Shown here: piece after piece, positions 43,546 through 58,109 of the stretch
Numbering within the stretch: the stretch's first letter is position 1
Layout: every line of letters starts with the position of its first letter
NCBI RefSeq assembly: GCF_009914755.1
Contig: NC_060935.1
Direction: 5' to 3' (one strand)
Length of the DNA stretch: 64,000 nucleotides
DNA from: the human T2T-CHM13v2.0 reference genome, Homo sapiens
Made by a program: the position numbers and the translations under genes
Notes under the pieces: model-generated
Told to the model about the DNA's origin: nothing
The model's input: only the letters and a program-made list of their open reading frames with translations
Database searches by the model: none

Positions 43546-44520
43546 TCTTCTCCTGCACCCGGTAAGAGGCCATCAATTGGTTTCAAGCATAAAAGTGACA
43601 TGGTGAATTTTTGTTTTATAAATACTATCCAAATAATGTTGTGAAAGGTTCAATAAGAGACAGGACTTGAGATCAGAAGAACAGAGACTATTATAATAGT
43701 TCAGTTGAAAAATGAGTTCACTGAATGGAATAATGTATGAAGAGATTAATAGATATTCTACTAGTTTTCTGGTTAACCAAATCTGAATTTAGCCCCTACC
43801 GCTCCACTGAAATTGCAATTTTAAAGCTAATTAATAACTCTCAAACTGCTAAATCTAAAACACTCTGCTGAATTCTCATCTAGGTGATTGATACTATAAG
43901 TGAATATATCAGTGTAAACTTCAGATACAACTCCTGGTCCAGCTCACTAAAGCTGCATCACTCTGCACCACTTCCACGATGTAGAAGAACAACAAAGGAA
44001 TATTTCAACTTGGTTATGGTGAAGAATGATGAAAGCATGAAAGAACAGGCACATCAAGTCACAATTCAACCAATCAAATCAAGAAAAACTAGATGAGTCA
44101 AAGCCTTTGAGGAGTGATAAATAAATCAATTAAGTTCGTGCTTTCAAAAAAAATCTAGCTGGTGGAGAAATAAGAAAACAAAAAATAGAAACACTTGTTG
44201 CTTAGATTAGGGTCCTAGTCTTATAAACATTAATAAAAGGGTTAAAAGATTTTTGCTAAAATATGAAAAAAAATCAAGGAATGCTTCATAGAGGAAATAG
44301 TTATAGATCTGAGCCTTAAGAAAAAGGTTGAAGTCAGATAGATGGAAATAATAGAGGAGAGTTTTAATTAAACAAAAGCATGGAGGTTGCAATGAAAATG
44401 TTATATTCAAAGCATAAATAAGTGAATGGACTGGAATGAGAGTTCCCTTTTTGCATAGAGAAAGGTAAAACTTGAGTAGGCAAGGTAATCCTGGGTCAGA
44501 AATTCTAGGATGGATAGTTT

Positions 44521-44610
44521 AAACTTGATCCAATAGGCAGAGGTGGTTTAAGTTTTAAGAAGATTAAACCTGATCCAATAGGAAGAAGTAGTTTAAGTTT
44601 TAAGAAGATT
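44521..44610. repeat. 45-bp tandem duplication (41/45 identical) within an L2-like relic
   Basis: Units 44521-44565 and 44566-44610. Confidence 0.9.
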
Positions 44611-46055
44611 GAGGGTGAAAGCAAGCCAGAAACTTAGAGGTCAATTAAGAGATTAATGGTTTAATCTTCTAGGCCAATCCAGCATGGTGACTGTAACAAT
44701 GAGAAGGAAAAACAGATGCTCAAAATAAACAACCTCATTTTGAAATAAGAAGTATCATATTTTCAAATTGAAGAAAAAAATCAAACACATTATAGAAAAT
44801 ACAAAATTTGAGAATTTTTCTGATTCAAAACTTCTGTGACATTTTCTTTGTGGCTTAATATTTACGGCATAAAAGATTGAATCATTGCAATGTAAGTTGC
44901 AAGTTTAGAAAACATCTTGGAATATCTACAATTATCACTGTGGTCTCTCTCTTTGTTTTAAAAAAGGACTATAGTAAAGTGGTCTACTTCTCTCATGGAA
45001 GAATATTATTCTGCTTATTAAAGAAAAAATCTATGTTGCAATTTGAAGTCAGATATTTAATTTGAAATTGGCAAAACTTCTTTTATTTTCTTTGGCTTGA
45101 TTTGTTCGTAAGTGATTCTTACTCTGTGCTACCTAAAGCCCTACGTCCTTGTCCAAACTTATACAGCAAACTAATGGAAGAAATGAGATTACAGCATGAG
45201 TCTCCTGGATCTCAGGCTGATGTACTTTCTACTCCGTGCTTACATCAAAAAGGATGTCAATTTATCCTTTGGCTGAAGTGGATTAGAAAAAAAAATACAG
45301 AGTTCAGTTGAAGGGCGTTTGGCAAATCTCTTCCTCATTTGATGTCTGAGCTTTCAAATGGAATGACACTACAAATCAATGCATCAACGTCTACTTAAAT
45401 GAGAATGTCCTTGGGACCTACAGCAATGGTCTTAGCTACATAATTAGTCTTTCCCTTGATCTAGAGCAAAAATTTGGTTTAACTGTGTTGAAGGAATAAG
45501 AATAGAGAGTATAAACTTCTGAAAAATGCTAAAATTAATGTAAAATCTGTATCTGACTTTATTGTCAATGGTGGAGACTGAGGTAGCATGAGGGAGGTTC
45601 CACTACAACAATTTGAGTCTCAATAATTCAGTCTATTAATATCCCTTGTATTTTATATTATTTTATATCAAAATGTGAAAGAAGAGAATATACTAATGTT
45701 GAGATACAATTTCCCATGCTTCTCCACATCTTGCCTTTACTTTGGATTATTTTTTTCAAGGGTATTGCTACAGCCTTAGATAAAATAATGTTTTTCTCCA
45801 GAGCAAATGGCAAGTTTATTCACTGTCACGTACAATAAAGATAATGTCTTTCTCTAAGGCACAGGTCAGGCAGATTTGCTTGGAGTCCAGTATATGAGGT
45901 TTCCTAAACTCAAGACTTCTCAACTGTGATGCAAACCCACTACATACACAGGATCAACCTAGGCTATTCTATTATATTCTCATGGAAGTTTGAGGGCAAG
46001 GGGAACCAATACAAACATAAAGTTTATGCTACATGCTATGACAAGAATAATGCTG

Positions 46056-49000
46056 TTTTTTTCTTATTAAATTTTTCATAGTTCCATAGGTTACTGGGGA
46101 ACAAATGGTGTTGGGTTACATAAGTTCTTCAGTGGTGATTTGTGAGATTTTGGTGCACCCATCACCTGAGCAGTATACACTACACTTAATTTGTCATCTT
46201 TTATTCCTCACCCCCTTCCCACCCTTTTCCCCTGAGTCCCCAAAGTCCACTGTGTCATTCTTATGTCTTTGCATGCTCATAATTTAGCTCCCAGTTATAA
46301 GTGAGAACATATGACATTCGATTTTCCATTCCTGGTTACTTCACTTAGAATAATAATCTCCAATCTCATCCAGGTCACTGCAAATGCCATTAATTCATTC
46401 CTTTTTATGGCTGAGTAGTATTCCATCATATATACATACCACAGTTCTTGTTATCCATTCATTGACTGATGAGCATTTGGGTTGGTTACACGTTTTTGCA
46501 ATTGTGAATTGTGCTGCTACAAACATGTGTGTGCAAGTATCTTTTCCATATAATGACTTCTTTTCCTGTGGATAGACACCCAGTAGTGGAGTTGATGGAT
46601 CAAATGATAGTTCTACTATTAGTTCCTTAAGTGATATCCACACTGTTTTCTATACTGGTTGTACCAGTTTACATTCCCACCAGCAGGGTATAAGTGTTCC
46701 TTGTTCACTGCATCTACACCAACATCTATTTTTTTTTTATTATGGCCATTCTTGCAGGAGTAAGGTGGTATTGCATTGTGGTTTTGATTTGCATTTCCCT
46801 GATCATTAGTGATGTTGAGCATTTTTTCATGTTTGTTGGCCATTTGTATATCTTCTTTTGAGAATTGTCTATTCATGTCCTTGGCCCACTTTTTGTTGGG
46901 ATTTTTTTTCTTGCTAATTTGTTTGACTTTATTGCAGATTCTGGATATTAGTCCTTTGTCAGATGTAGATTGTGAAGATTTTCTCCCATTCTGTGGGTTG
47001 TCTGTTTCCTCTGCTGACTGTTCCTTTTGCCATGTAAAAGATCTTTAGTTTAATTAAGTCCCAGCTATTTATCTTTGTTTATATTGCATTTGCTTTGGGG
47101 TTCTTGGTCATGAATTCCTTGCCTAATCCAATGTCTAGAAGGCTTTTTTTTCAATGTTATCTTCTAAAATTTTTATAGTTTCAGTTCTCAGATTTAAGTG
47201 CTTGGTCCATCTTGCATTGATTTTTGTATAAGGTGAGAGATGAGGATCCAGTTTTACTCTCTTACATATGGCTTGCCAATTATCCCAGAACAATTTGTTG
47301 AAAGGGTGTCCTTTCCCCTACTTTATGTTTTTGTTTGCTTTGTCAAAGATCAGTTGGCTGTAAGTATTTGTGTTTATTTCTGGGTTCTCTGTTCTCTTCC
47401 ATTGGTCTATGTGCCTATTTTTATACCAGTGCTATGCTATTTTGGTGACTATAGCCTTATACTATAGTTTGAAATCAGGTAGTGTGATGCCTCCAGATTT
47501 GTTCTTTTTGCTTAGTCTTGCTTTGGATATGCAGGCTCTTTTTTGGTTCCATATGAATTTTAGGATTTTTTTTTCTAGTTCTGTGAAGAATGATGCTAGT
47601 ATTTTGATAGGAATTGCATTGAATTTGTAGATTGCTTTTGGCAGTATGGTCATTTTCACAATATTGATTCTACCTGTCCATGAGCATGAGATGTGATTCC
47701 GTTTGTTTGTGCCATCTATGATATTTTTCAGCAGTGTTTTGTAGTTTTCCTTGTAGAGGTCTTTTACCTCCTTGGTTAGGTATATTCCTAAGTTGTTTTT
47801 TTTTTTTTTTTTTTTTTTTTTTTGCAGCTGTTATAAAAGGAATTGAGTTCTTGATTTGATTCTCAGCTTGGTCACTGTTGGTATATTGAAGAACTACTGA
47901 TTTGTGTACATCAATCTTGTATCTGGAAACTTTGCTGAATCCATTTAACAGTTCTAGGAGCTTTCTGGAGGAGTCTTTAGGGTTTTCTAGGTAAACAATC
48001 ATATCAGCAAACAGTGACAGTTTGACTTCCTGTTTACCAATTTGGATGGCCTTTATTTATTTCTGTCTGATTGCTCTGGCTAGAACTTCCAGTACTATGT
48101 TGAAGAGAAGTGGTGAGATTGGGCATCCCTGTCTGTTCTAGTTCTCAGAGGGAATACATTAAACTTTTCCTCATTCAATATTATGTTAGCTGTGGGTTTA
48201 TCATAGATGGCTTTTATTACATTGAGGTATGTCCCTTGTATGCTGATTTTGCTGACAGTTTTAATCATAAAGGGATGCAGGGTTTTGTTGAATGCTTTTT
48301 CTGCATCTATTGAGATGGTCATGTAACTTTTGCTTTTAATTCTGTTTATGTGGTGTATCACATTTATTGATTTGTGTATGTTAAACCATCCCTATATTCC
48401 TGATATGAAACCCACTTAATCATGATGAATTAACTTTTTGATATGTTGTTGGATTTGGTTAGCTAGTACTTTGTTAAGGATTTTAGCATCTATATTCATC
48501 AGTGATATTATCTGTAGTTTTCTCTTTTGGTTATGTCCTGGTTCTGGTATTAGGGTGATACTGGCCTCACAGAATGATTTAGAGAGGGTTCCCTCTTTAT
48601 CTGTCTTGTTGAATAGTGTCAATAGGATTGGTACCAATTTTTCTATGAATGTCTGATAGAATTCTGCTGTGAATCTATCTGGTCCTGAATGTTTTTTTTG
48701 TTGGTAATTTTTGTATTACCATTTCAATCTTGCTGCTTCTTATTGGTCTGTTCAGGATATCTAGCTCTCCCTGATTTAAGCTAGGAGGCTTGTATCTTTC
48801 CATGAATTTATCCATCTCCTCTAGGTTTTCTAGTTTATGAGCATAAAGGTGTTCATAGTAGCCTTGAATGATCTTTTGTATTTCAGTGGTGTCAGTTGCA
48901 ATATCTCCTGTTTCATTTCTAATTGAGCTTATTTGGATTTTCTCTTCTTTTCTTGGTTAACCTTGCGAATGGTCTATCAAATTTATTTACCTTTTCAAAG

Positions 49001-52000
49001 AACCAACTTTTGTTTCATTTATCTTTTGTATTTTTTTGTTTCAGTTTTATTTGTTTCTGCTCTGATCTTGGTTATTTCCTTTCTTCTGCTGGGTTTGGGT
49101 TTGGTTTGTTCTTGTTTCTCTAGTTCCTTGAGGTGTGACCTTCGATTGCCTGTTTGTGCTCTTTCAGACTTTTTGATATAGGCATTTAGGGCTGTGAACT
49201 TTCCTCTTAGCACGGCCTTTGCTGTATACCAGAGGTTTTGATAGGTCATGTCGCTATTGCCGTTCAGTTCGAAGAATTTTTAAATTTCTATCTTGATTTA
49301 ATTTTTGACTCAATGATCATTCAGGAGCAGGTTATTTAATTTCCATGTATTTGCATGGTTTTGAAGGTTCTTTTTGGAGTTGATTTCCAGTTTTATTCCA
49401 CTGTGGTCTGAGAGAGTGCTTGATATAATTTCAATTTTCTTAAATTTATTGAGACTTGTTTTGTGGCCTATCATATGGTCTATCTTGAACAAAGTTCCAA
49501 GCATTGTTGAATAGAATGTATATTCTGAGTTGTTGGGTAGAATGCTCTGTATATGTCTGTTAAGTTCATTTGTTCCAGGGCATAGTTTAAGTTCATTGTT
49601 TCTTTGTTGACTTTACATCTTTATGACCTATCTAGTGCTGTCAATGGAATATTGAAGTCCTCCACTATTACTGTGTTGCTATGTCATTTCTTAGCTCTAT
49701 TAGTAATTATTTTATAAATTTGGGAGCTCCAGTGTTAGATGCATACATATTTAGGACTGTGATGTTTTCCTGTTGGACAAGGCCTTTTATCATTATATAA
49801 TGTCCCTCTTTGTCTTTTTTAACTGCTGTTGTTTTAAAGTTTGTTTTGTCTGATAGAGGAATAGCTACTCCTGCTTGCTTTTGGTGTCCATTTGCATGGA
49901 ATGTCTTTTTCTACCCCTTTCCCTTAATTTTATGTGAGTCCTTATGTGTTAGGTGAGGCTCTTCAAGGCAGTAGGTAGTTGATTGGTGAGTTCTTATCCA
50001 TTCTGCTGTTCTGTATCTTTTAAGCAGAGCGTTTAGGCCATTTACATTCAACATTAGTATTAAGATGTGAGATACCATTCCATTATTCCACTCATTGTGC
50101 TATTTGTGGTCTGTATATCTTTTTTTTAAATTGTATTTTTGCCTTATATGTCCTGTGAGATTACACCTTAAAAAGGTTTTGTTTTGATGTGTTTCCATAA
50201 TTGTTTCAAGATTTGGAGCTCTTTTTAGCAGTTCTTGCGGTGGCTGGGTAGTGGTGAATTCTGTCAGCATTTGTTTGCCTGAAAAAGAGTGTATCTTTCC
50301 TTTATTTATAAAGCTTAATTTTTCTGAATACTAAATTCTTTGCTGATAATTCTGTTGTTTGAGGAGGCTGAAGATAAGGCCCCAATTCACTATAGCTTAT
50401 AGGGTTTCTGCTGAGAAATCTGCTGTTAATCTGATAGGTTTTCCTTTATAGGAAAACCTTTATGGTGCTTTTGCCTCACAGCTCTTAAGATTCTTTCCTT
50501 CCTCTTAACTTTAGATAACCTGATGACAGTATACCTAAGAGATGATGTTTTTGTGATAAATTTCCCAGGTGTTATTTGAGCTTATTGTATTTGAATATCT
50601 AGGTCTGTAGCAAGACCAGGGAAGTTTTCATGGATTATTCCCCGAAATTTGTTTTCCTAACTTTCAGATTTTTCTTTTTCCTCAGGAACACCAACTATTT
50701 TTAGGTTTGGTCATTTAACATAGTCCCAGACTTCTTGGAGGCTTTGCTCATACTTTCTTATTCTTTTTTCTTTGTCTTTGTTAGATTGGATTAATTTGAA
50801 GACCTTGTTTTTGAGCTCTGAAGTCCTTTCTTCTGTTTGTTCAATTCTATTGCTGAGACTTTCCAGAGCACTTTGCATTTTTATAACTGTGTCCATTGTT
50901 TCCTGAAGTTTTGATTGTTTTTTATTTATGCTATCTACTTCATTGAATATTTCTCCCTTCACTTCTTGTATCATTTTTTTTTATTTCCTTAGACTGGGCT
51001 TTGTCTTTCTCTGGTGCCTCCCTGATTAGCTTAATAACCAACCTTCTGCATTCTTTTTCAGGTATATCAGGGCTTTCTTCTTGATTTGGATCCATTGGTG
51101 GTGAGTTAGTGTGATTTTTGGGGGTGTGTTACAGAACCTTGTTTTGTCATATTACCAGAGTTGGTTTTCTGGTTCCTTCTCATTTGAGTAGGCTCTGTCA
51201 GAGGGAATGTCTAGGGCTCAAGGCTGTTGTTCAGATTCTTTTGTCCCACAGGGTGTTCCCTTGATGTAGTACTCTTCCCCTTTTCCTAGGAATGTGGTTT
51301 CCTGGGAATGGAGCTGTAGTGATTGTTATCTCTTTTCTAGATCTAGTCACCCTGCAAGTCTACCAGGCTCTGAGCTGGCACTTGGGGTTGTTTGCACAGA
51401 GTCCTGTGATGTGAACCATCTGTGGGTCTTTCAGCCATGGATACCAGCACCTGCTCTGGTGGAGGTGGCAGGTGGGTAAGATGGACTCTGTAAGAGTCCT
51501 TGGCTTTGGTTGCTTAATGCACTATTTTTGTGCTGGTTGATCTCCTGTCCAGAGGTGGCGCTTTCAAGAGAGCATCAGCTGTAGTAGTATGGGGAGGAAG
51601 AGGTGGTGGCCAGGGCCCTAGAACTCCCAAGAGTATATGCCATTTGTTTTCAGTTACCAGAGTGGGTAGGGGAGGACCATTAGGTGGGGGCAAGGCTAGG
51701 TGTGTCTGAGCTCAGACTCTCCTTGGGCAGGTCTTGCTGCAGCTTCTGCTGGGGATGACGGTGAAGTTCTCAGACTAATGGAGTTATGTTCCTAGTAGGA
51801 TTATGGCTGCCTCTATTGCATCATGCAGGTTGTCAGGGAAGTGGGAGAAAGCCAGCAGTCACAGGCCTCATCCAATATCCACACAACCCAAAGGGCCGGT
51901 CTCATTCCCACCACGTCCCCCACCAACAGCACCAAGTCTACTTCCAGGTAGTGGGTGAGCAGGACCGAGAACTTGCCCCAGGCTACCCACCTCCCAGCTG

Positions 52001-52550
52001 CAAAAGAAATTAGGGCTTTCCTTCTTTCCCCACCTGTGGAGTCTGCGCAATGGATTCACTCCCTCCCTTGAGTTCTGGCCAGGAGACTTCTCGATTGGTT
52101 GAAATTGTTAACAAAGTTCAGCTGGAGGTTTGCTTCTCTCTGTGGCCTTTACCCAGTGCCTCTGACCATCCTCCCCAAGGATCCCTGTGAGGCAGGGCAG
52201 AAATGGCTTGCTAGAGGACCCAGTGAGACCATAAGGCTTTTCCTGCTGCTTCCTCTACCCCTGTATTTAGCTTGTCTCTCTAAATTGACTCAGCTCCAGG
52301 TAAGGTCAGAATCTTTTCTCATAATCTAGACCTTCAGGTTCCCTAGTGGGGGTGTGTGTTCCAGGTGTTTCCCAAGCCCCGCGGGAGCAATCTGCTTTCT
52401 TCAGAGGGTCTGTGGGTTCTCTTGGCTTTCCTAATATATTCCTGCAGTCATTCTGGAACAAAAGATCATGATGCACGCCTCCACATACTGCTCTGTCCGT
52501 CTGAGTGGGAGCTGCAATCTACTCCTGCTTTCTGTCCACCATGATTCTCC
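46056..52550 (-). mobile_element. Near-full-length inactive L1PB1/L1PBa-type LINE-1 (5'UTR, ORF1, ORF2, 3'UTR)
   Basis: ORF1 coiled-coil fragment 50711-50974; endonuclease SDH motif 49310-49504; RT fragment ISIDAEKAF 48095-48361; L1PB1-type 3'UTR; 5' end atcatggtggac...gattgcagctcccact; many stops and frameshifts. Confidence 0.93.
47796..47823. repeat. T28 homopolymer inside L1 ORF2
   Basis: Directly visible. Confidence 0.9.
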
Positions 52551-52903
52551 CACAATCTCTCTTGGTCAGGACACTGTCTCCAACTGTGGCCCTGGCTTGG
52601 CCTCCTCCAAGGTGCTGGTTGACAAGATAATGCAATTTTTGACCTAAAATATCATGTCTTCTGCCAGCATTCATGAAACTATGAGAGGCTAACTTATTAG
52701 CTTGCAAGTAGGGTGAAATCTCAGACCCTTTACAGTTCTTGATAAGTAATTTCTAGTTAGACTTCCAAACAACCGTGTGATACCCTATTTCTTGATATTC
52801 ATGGACAAATAGATTTTTACTCAAAAGAATTTTGAAAAAGAAAGAAATTAAGGATGAAATAATGTGTCTGGGTCAAATTACTATACTTCACAATAGACAT
52901 CTA

Positions 52904-54190
<1,287 letters not shown>

Positions 54191-54227
54191 TTATGTTTTG
54201 ACCCGAACATAAAAGTCAAAACCATAA

Positions 54228-54646
<419 letters not shown>

Positions 54647-55406
54647 TAATATTTATTGAAAGATAATAAACTAGACTTACATATTTATAGCCTGTCTCAC
54701 TGAAGATCCTACTAAAATTTATATATATAAACTTTAATTTTTTTCATTCTAGGTAATGAAGGGGACATGAAATGTCATCAGTAAATAAGCAAACTCAGTT
54801 AAATTCTGTTGGACAAAAGCAGTGGTTACTGTGGGAACAGAACAGAGGTTAGAATACTAGCACAAAAAGAATATAGGGAAGAAATAAACAAATTTGTCAC
54901 AAAGAACCATAGAGAGCCAGGGAATTCAGCAAAAACATTGGTATAGAAATGGAGGACAGGAATGAAATGTGGGGCTGAAAACAGAAGGAATAATTTATTA
55001 CAAAGTGTGATAGATGTCATGGCTCTCACTCATATTTTTTGTTTTATTTCTTCTCAGTACAAGGTAAGATTATACTGCCCTGTCCCCCTGAAGTCAGAGA
55101 TGCCAAGTGACTTGATTTGTTTAATTAAATGTTAGTGAAAGTAATATGTGGCACTTCCTTTAACATCCATGACAATTTACTCAACTTTCACTTCTGTGGC
55201 ACTCTACTCTCTTGGTTTTATTCTCACTGTCAAGCTACAAAAACTTACTCTCTTTAGCAGCCATCCCTTTCCTGCTCATACCCTAAATCCTGTATTCTTT
55301 GTAGTTCTGCCCTAAGCTTCTTATTTTATCACTGCAGATTCTCCACAGATAATCTCATTTATTCTAAGTCTTAATTACTATCCGCACTTCTGACTCTCAA
55401 ATATAC

Positions 55407-57802
55407 TGTATTAGTTCATTCTCACACTGCTATAAAGACATACCTGAGGCTGGATAACTTATGAAGAAAAGAGGTTTAATTGACTCACAGTTCTGCCAGC
55501 TATACAGAAGACATGGCTGGGGAGGCCTGAGGAAACTTACAATCATGGTGGAAGGCAAAGGGGAAGCAGGCACAATCTTCACATGCAGAGCAGGAGAGAG
55601 AGAGCAAAGAGGGAAGTGCCACACACTTTTAAACCATCAGATCTTATGAGAATTTACTCACTATCTTGAGAATAGTATGGGGAAAATCCACCCCCATGAT
55701 TCAATCACCTCCCACCAAGTACCCTGTCAACACTGGGAATTATAATTCAACATGAGTTCTGGGTGGAGATACAGAGCCAAAATATATTATTCCACACCTA
55801 GCCTCCCTGAAATCTCATTTCCTTCTCACATTTCAACACAGAATCATGCTTACAAAACAGCCCCCAAGAGTCTTAACTCATTCTAGCATTAACTCAAAAG
55901 TCCAAGTCCAATGTCTCATCTGAGACAAAGCAAGTCCCTCTGCCTATTAACCTGTAAAAATAAAAGTCAAGTTAATTATTTCCAAGATACAGTGAGGGCA
56001 CAGGCATTGGGTAAATGTTCCCATCCCAAAATGGAGAATCAGCCAAAACTAAGGGACTACAGGCCCCATGGAAGTCTGAAACCTAGCAGAGCAGTCATTA
56101 AATGTTAAAGCTCCAAAATAATCTCTTTGACTCCATGTCTCACATGGAGGACACGCTGATACAAGGGGTGGCTCCCAAGGCCTTGGGCATCTCCCCGCCA
56201 TGGCTCTGCTGGATACAGCCCCTGCAGCTGCTTTCACAGGCTGGCTTTGAGTGCCTGCAGTTTTTCCAAGTGCATGGTGCAAGCTGTTGGTGGCTCTACC
56301 ATTCTGGGGTCTGGAGAACAGTGGCCCTCTTCTCACAGCTCCACTAAGCAGTGCCCCAGTGGGGACTCTGTGTGGGCACTCCAACCCCACAATTCCTCTC
56401 TGCACTGCTATAGTAGAGGTTCTCCATGAGGGCTCCTCTCCTGCAGCAGACTTCTGCCTGGACATCCAGGCATTTCCATACATCCTCTGAAATCTAGGCG
56501 GAGGTTCCCAAAACTCAATTCTTGCCTTCTGTGTACCTGCAGGCCCAACACCACATGGAAGCTGTCAAGGCTTCGGGCTTACACCCTCTGAAGCAATGGC
56601 CCAAGCTGTACCTTGGTCCCCTTTAGCCATGGCTGGAGCTGGAGCAGCTGGGATGCAGGGCACCATGTTCTAAGGCTGCACAGAGCAGCAGGGCTGAAAG
56701 TCTGGCACATAAAACCATTTTTTCCTCCTGGGCCTCCAAGCCTGTGATGCAAGGGGCTGCTGTGAAGGCCTCTAAAATGTTCTGGAGGCACTTTTCCCAT
56801 TGTCTTGGCTATTCACGTTTGGCTTTTCTTTATTTATGCAAATTTCTGAAGCCTTGAATTTCTCCCCCCAAAATGGGTTTTCCTTTTCCACCACAAATTT
56901 TCCAAACTTTTATGCAAATTTTCCAAACTTTTATGCTCTGCTTCTCTTTTAAATATAAGTTCTAGTTTCAGGTCATTTCTTCGTTTATGCAAATAAGTTC
57001 AGGCTTTTAGAAGCAGCCAGGCCACATCTTGAACACTTTGCTTCTTAGCAATATCTTCCACCAGATACCCTAAATCAAGTCTCTCAAGTCTAAAATTCCA
57101 CAGATGTCTAGAGCAGAGGCACAACACGGCCAGTTTCTTTACTAAAGCATGTCAAGAGTGACCTTTACCTTAGTTCCCAATAAGTTTCTTATCTCTATCT
57201 GAGACCACCTCAGCTTGGACTTCACTGTCCAAATCATTATCAGCATTTTGGTAACAACAATTCAACAAATCTCTAGGAAGTTCCAAACCTTCCCTCATCT
57301 TGCTGTCTTATTCTGAGCCTTCAAAAGTGTTCCAACCTCTGCCCATTACCCAGTTCCAAAGTCACTTCCACATATTCAGATATATTTATAGCAAAGCCCC
57401 ACTTCTTTGGTACCAATTTTCTGTATGAGTCCATTCTCACATTGCTGTAAAGACATACCAAAACTGGGTAATTTATGAAGAAAAGAGGTTTGTTGACTCA
57501 CAGTTCCATAGGTTGTAAAGGAGGCATGTCTGGGAAGACCTCAGGAAACTTACAATCATGATGGAAGGTGAAGGGGAAGTAGGCACAATCTTCACATGGC
57601 AAAGCAAGAGTGAGAGCAAAGGGGGAAGTGCCACACTCTTTTAAATCATCAGATATCATGAAAACTCATTCACTATCATGAGAACAGGTTGGGGAAAATC
57701 CGCTTCCATAATCCAATCACCTTCTACCAGGTCTCTTCCCCATCACTGGGAATTATAACTCAACATGAGATTTGAGTGGGGACGAAGAGCCAAACCATAT
57801 CA
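55407..57802 (-). mobile_element. Complete MSTA-like MaLR provirus: 3' LTR 55407-55789, internal 55790-57421, 5' LTR 57422-57802
   Basis: Two homologous LTRs; perfect TSD tatac at 55402-55406 and 57803-57807; internal ORF fragments homologous to those of the THE1 at 16-17 kb (MYGNAWMSRQK...). Confidence 0.92.
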
Positions 57803-58109
57803 TATACATATACATATATTGTATACATATATCTACAAGTTATCTGATAACATACTGACCCCCATGCTTACCTATTTGCGGGCCTGTTTTATTAATATTT
57901 CATAGACAAGTGATACTAAATCTTTTAAAATTTTAACTAATTTTTTTCAAAACCTTCTCTCTCTCTTGACTATTCTGCTCTCATGAATGATACTATCATT
58001 AGTGACAGCATCATACTAGAACAAACTGTACACTCAAAGTTATTTTGGCATCTCTTATGAGCAATTCTTATTTCAATCAACATACAAGAATAGACACAAA
58101 ATCAATTGA

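Larger units (their letters stand above)
45697..52744 (+). mobile_element. MER54-like ERVL solo LTR split by the long L1 (about 45697-46055 and 52620-52744)
   Basis: Starts tgttgagatacaatttc; resumes tgtcttctgccagcattcatgaaact...agcttgcaagtagggtgaaatctcagaccctttacagttcttgata; TSD actaa/agtaa. Confidence 0.7.

Noticed and set aside
46105-52544. Many ORFs with endonuclease/RT/ORF1 similarity
   Set aside because: Broken frames of one dead L1; not reported as CDS.
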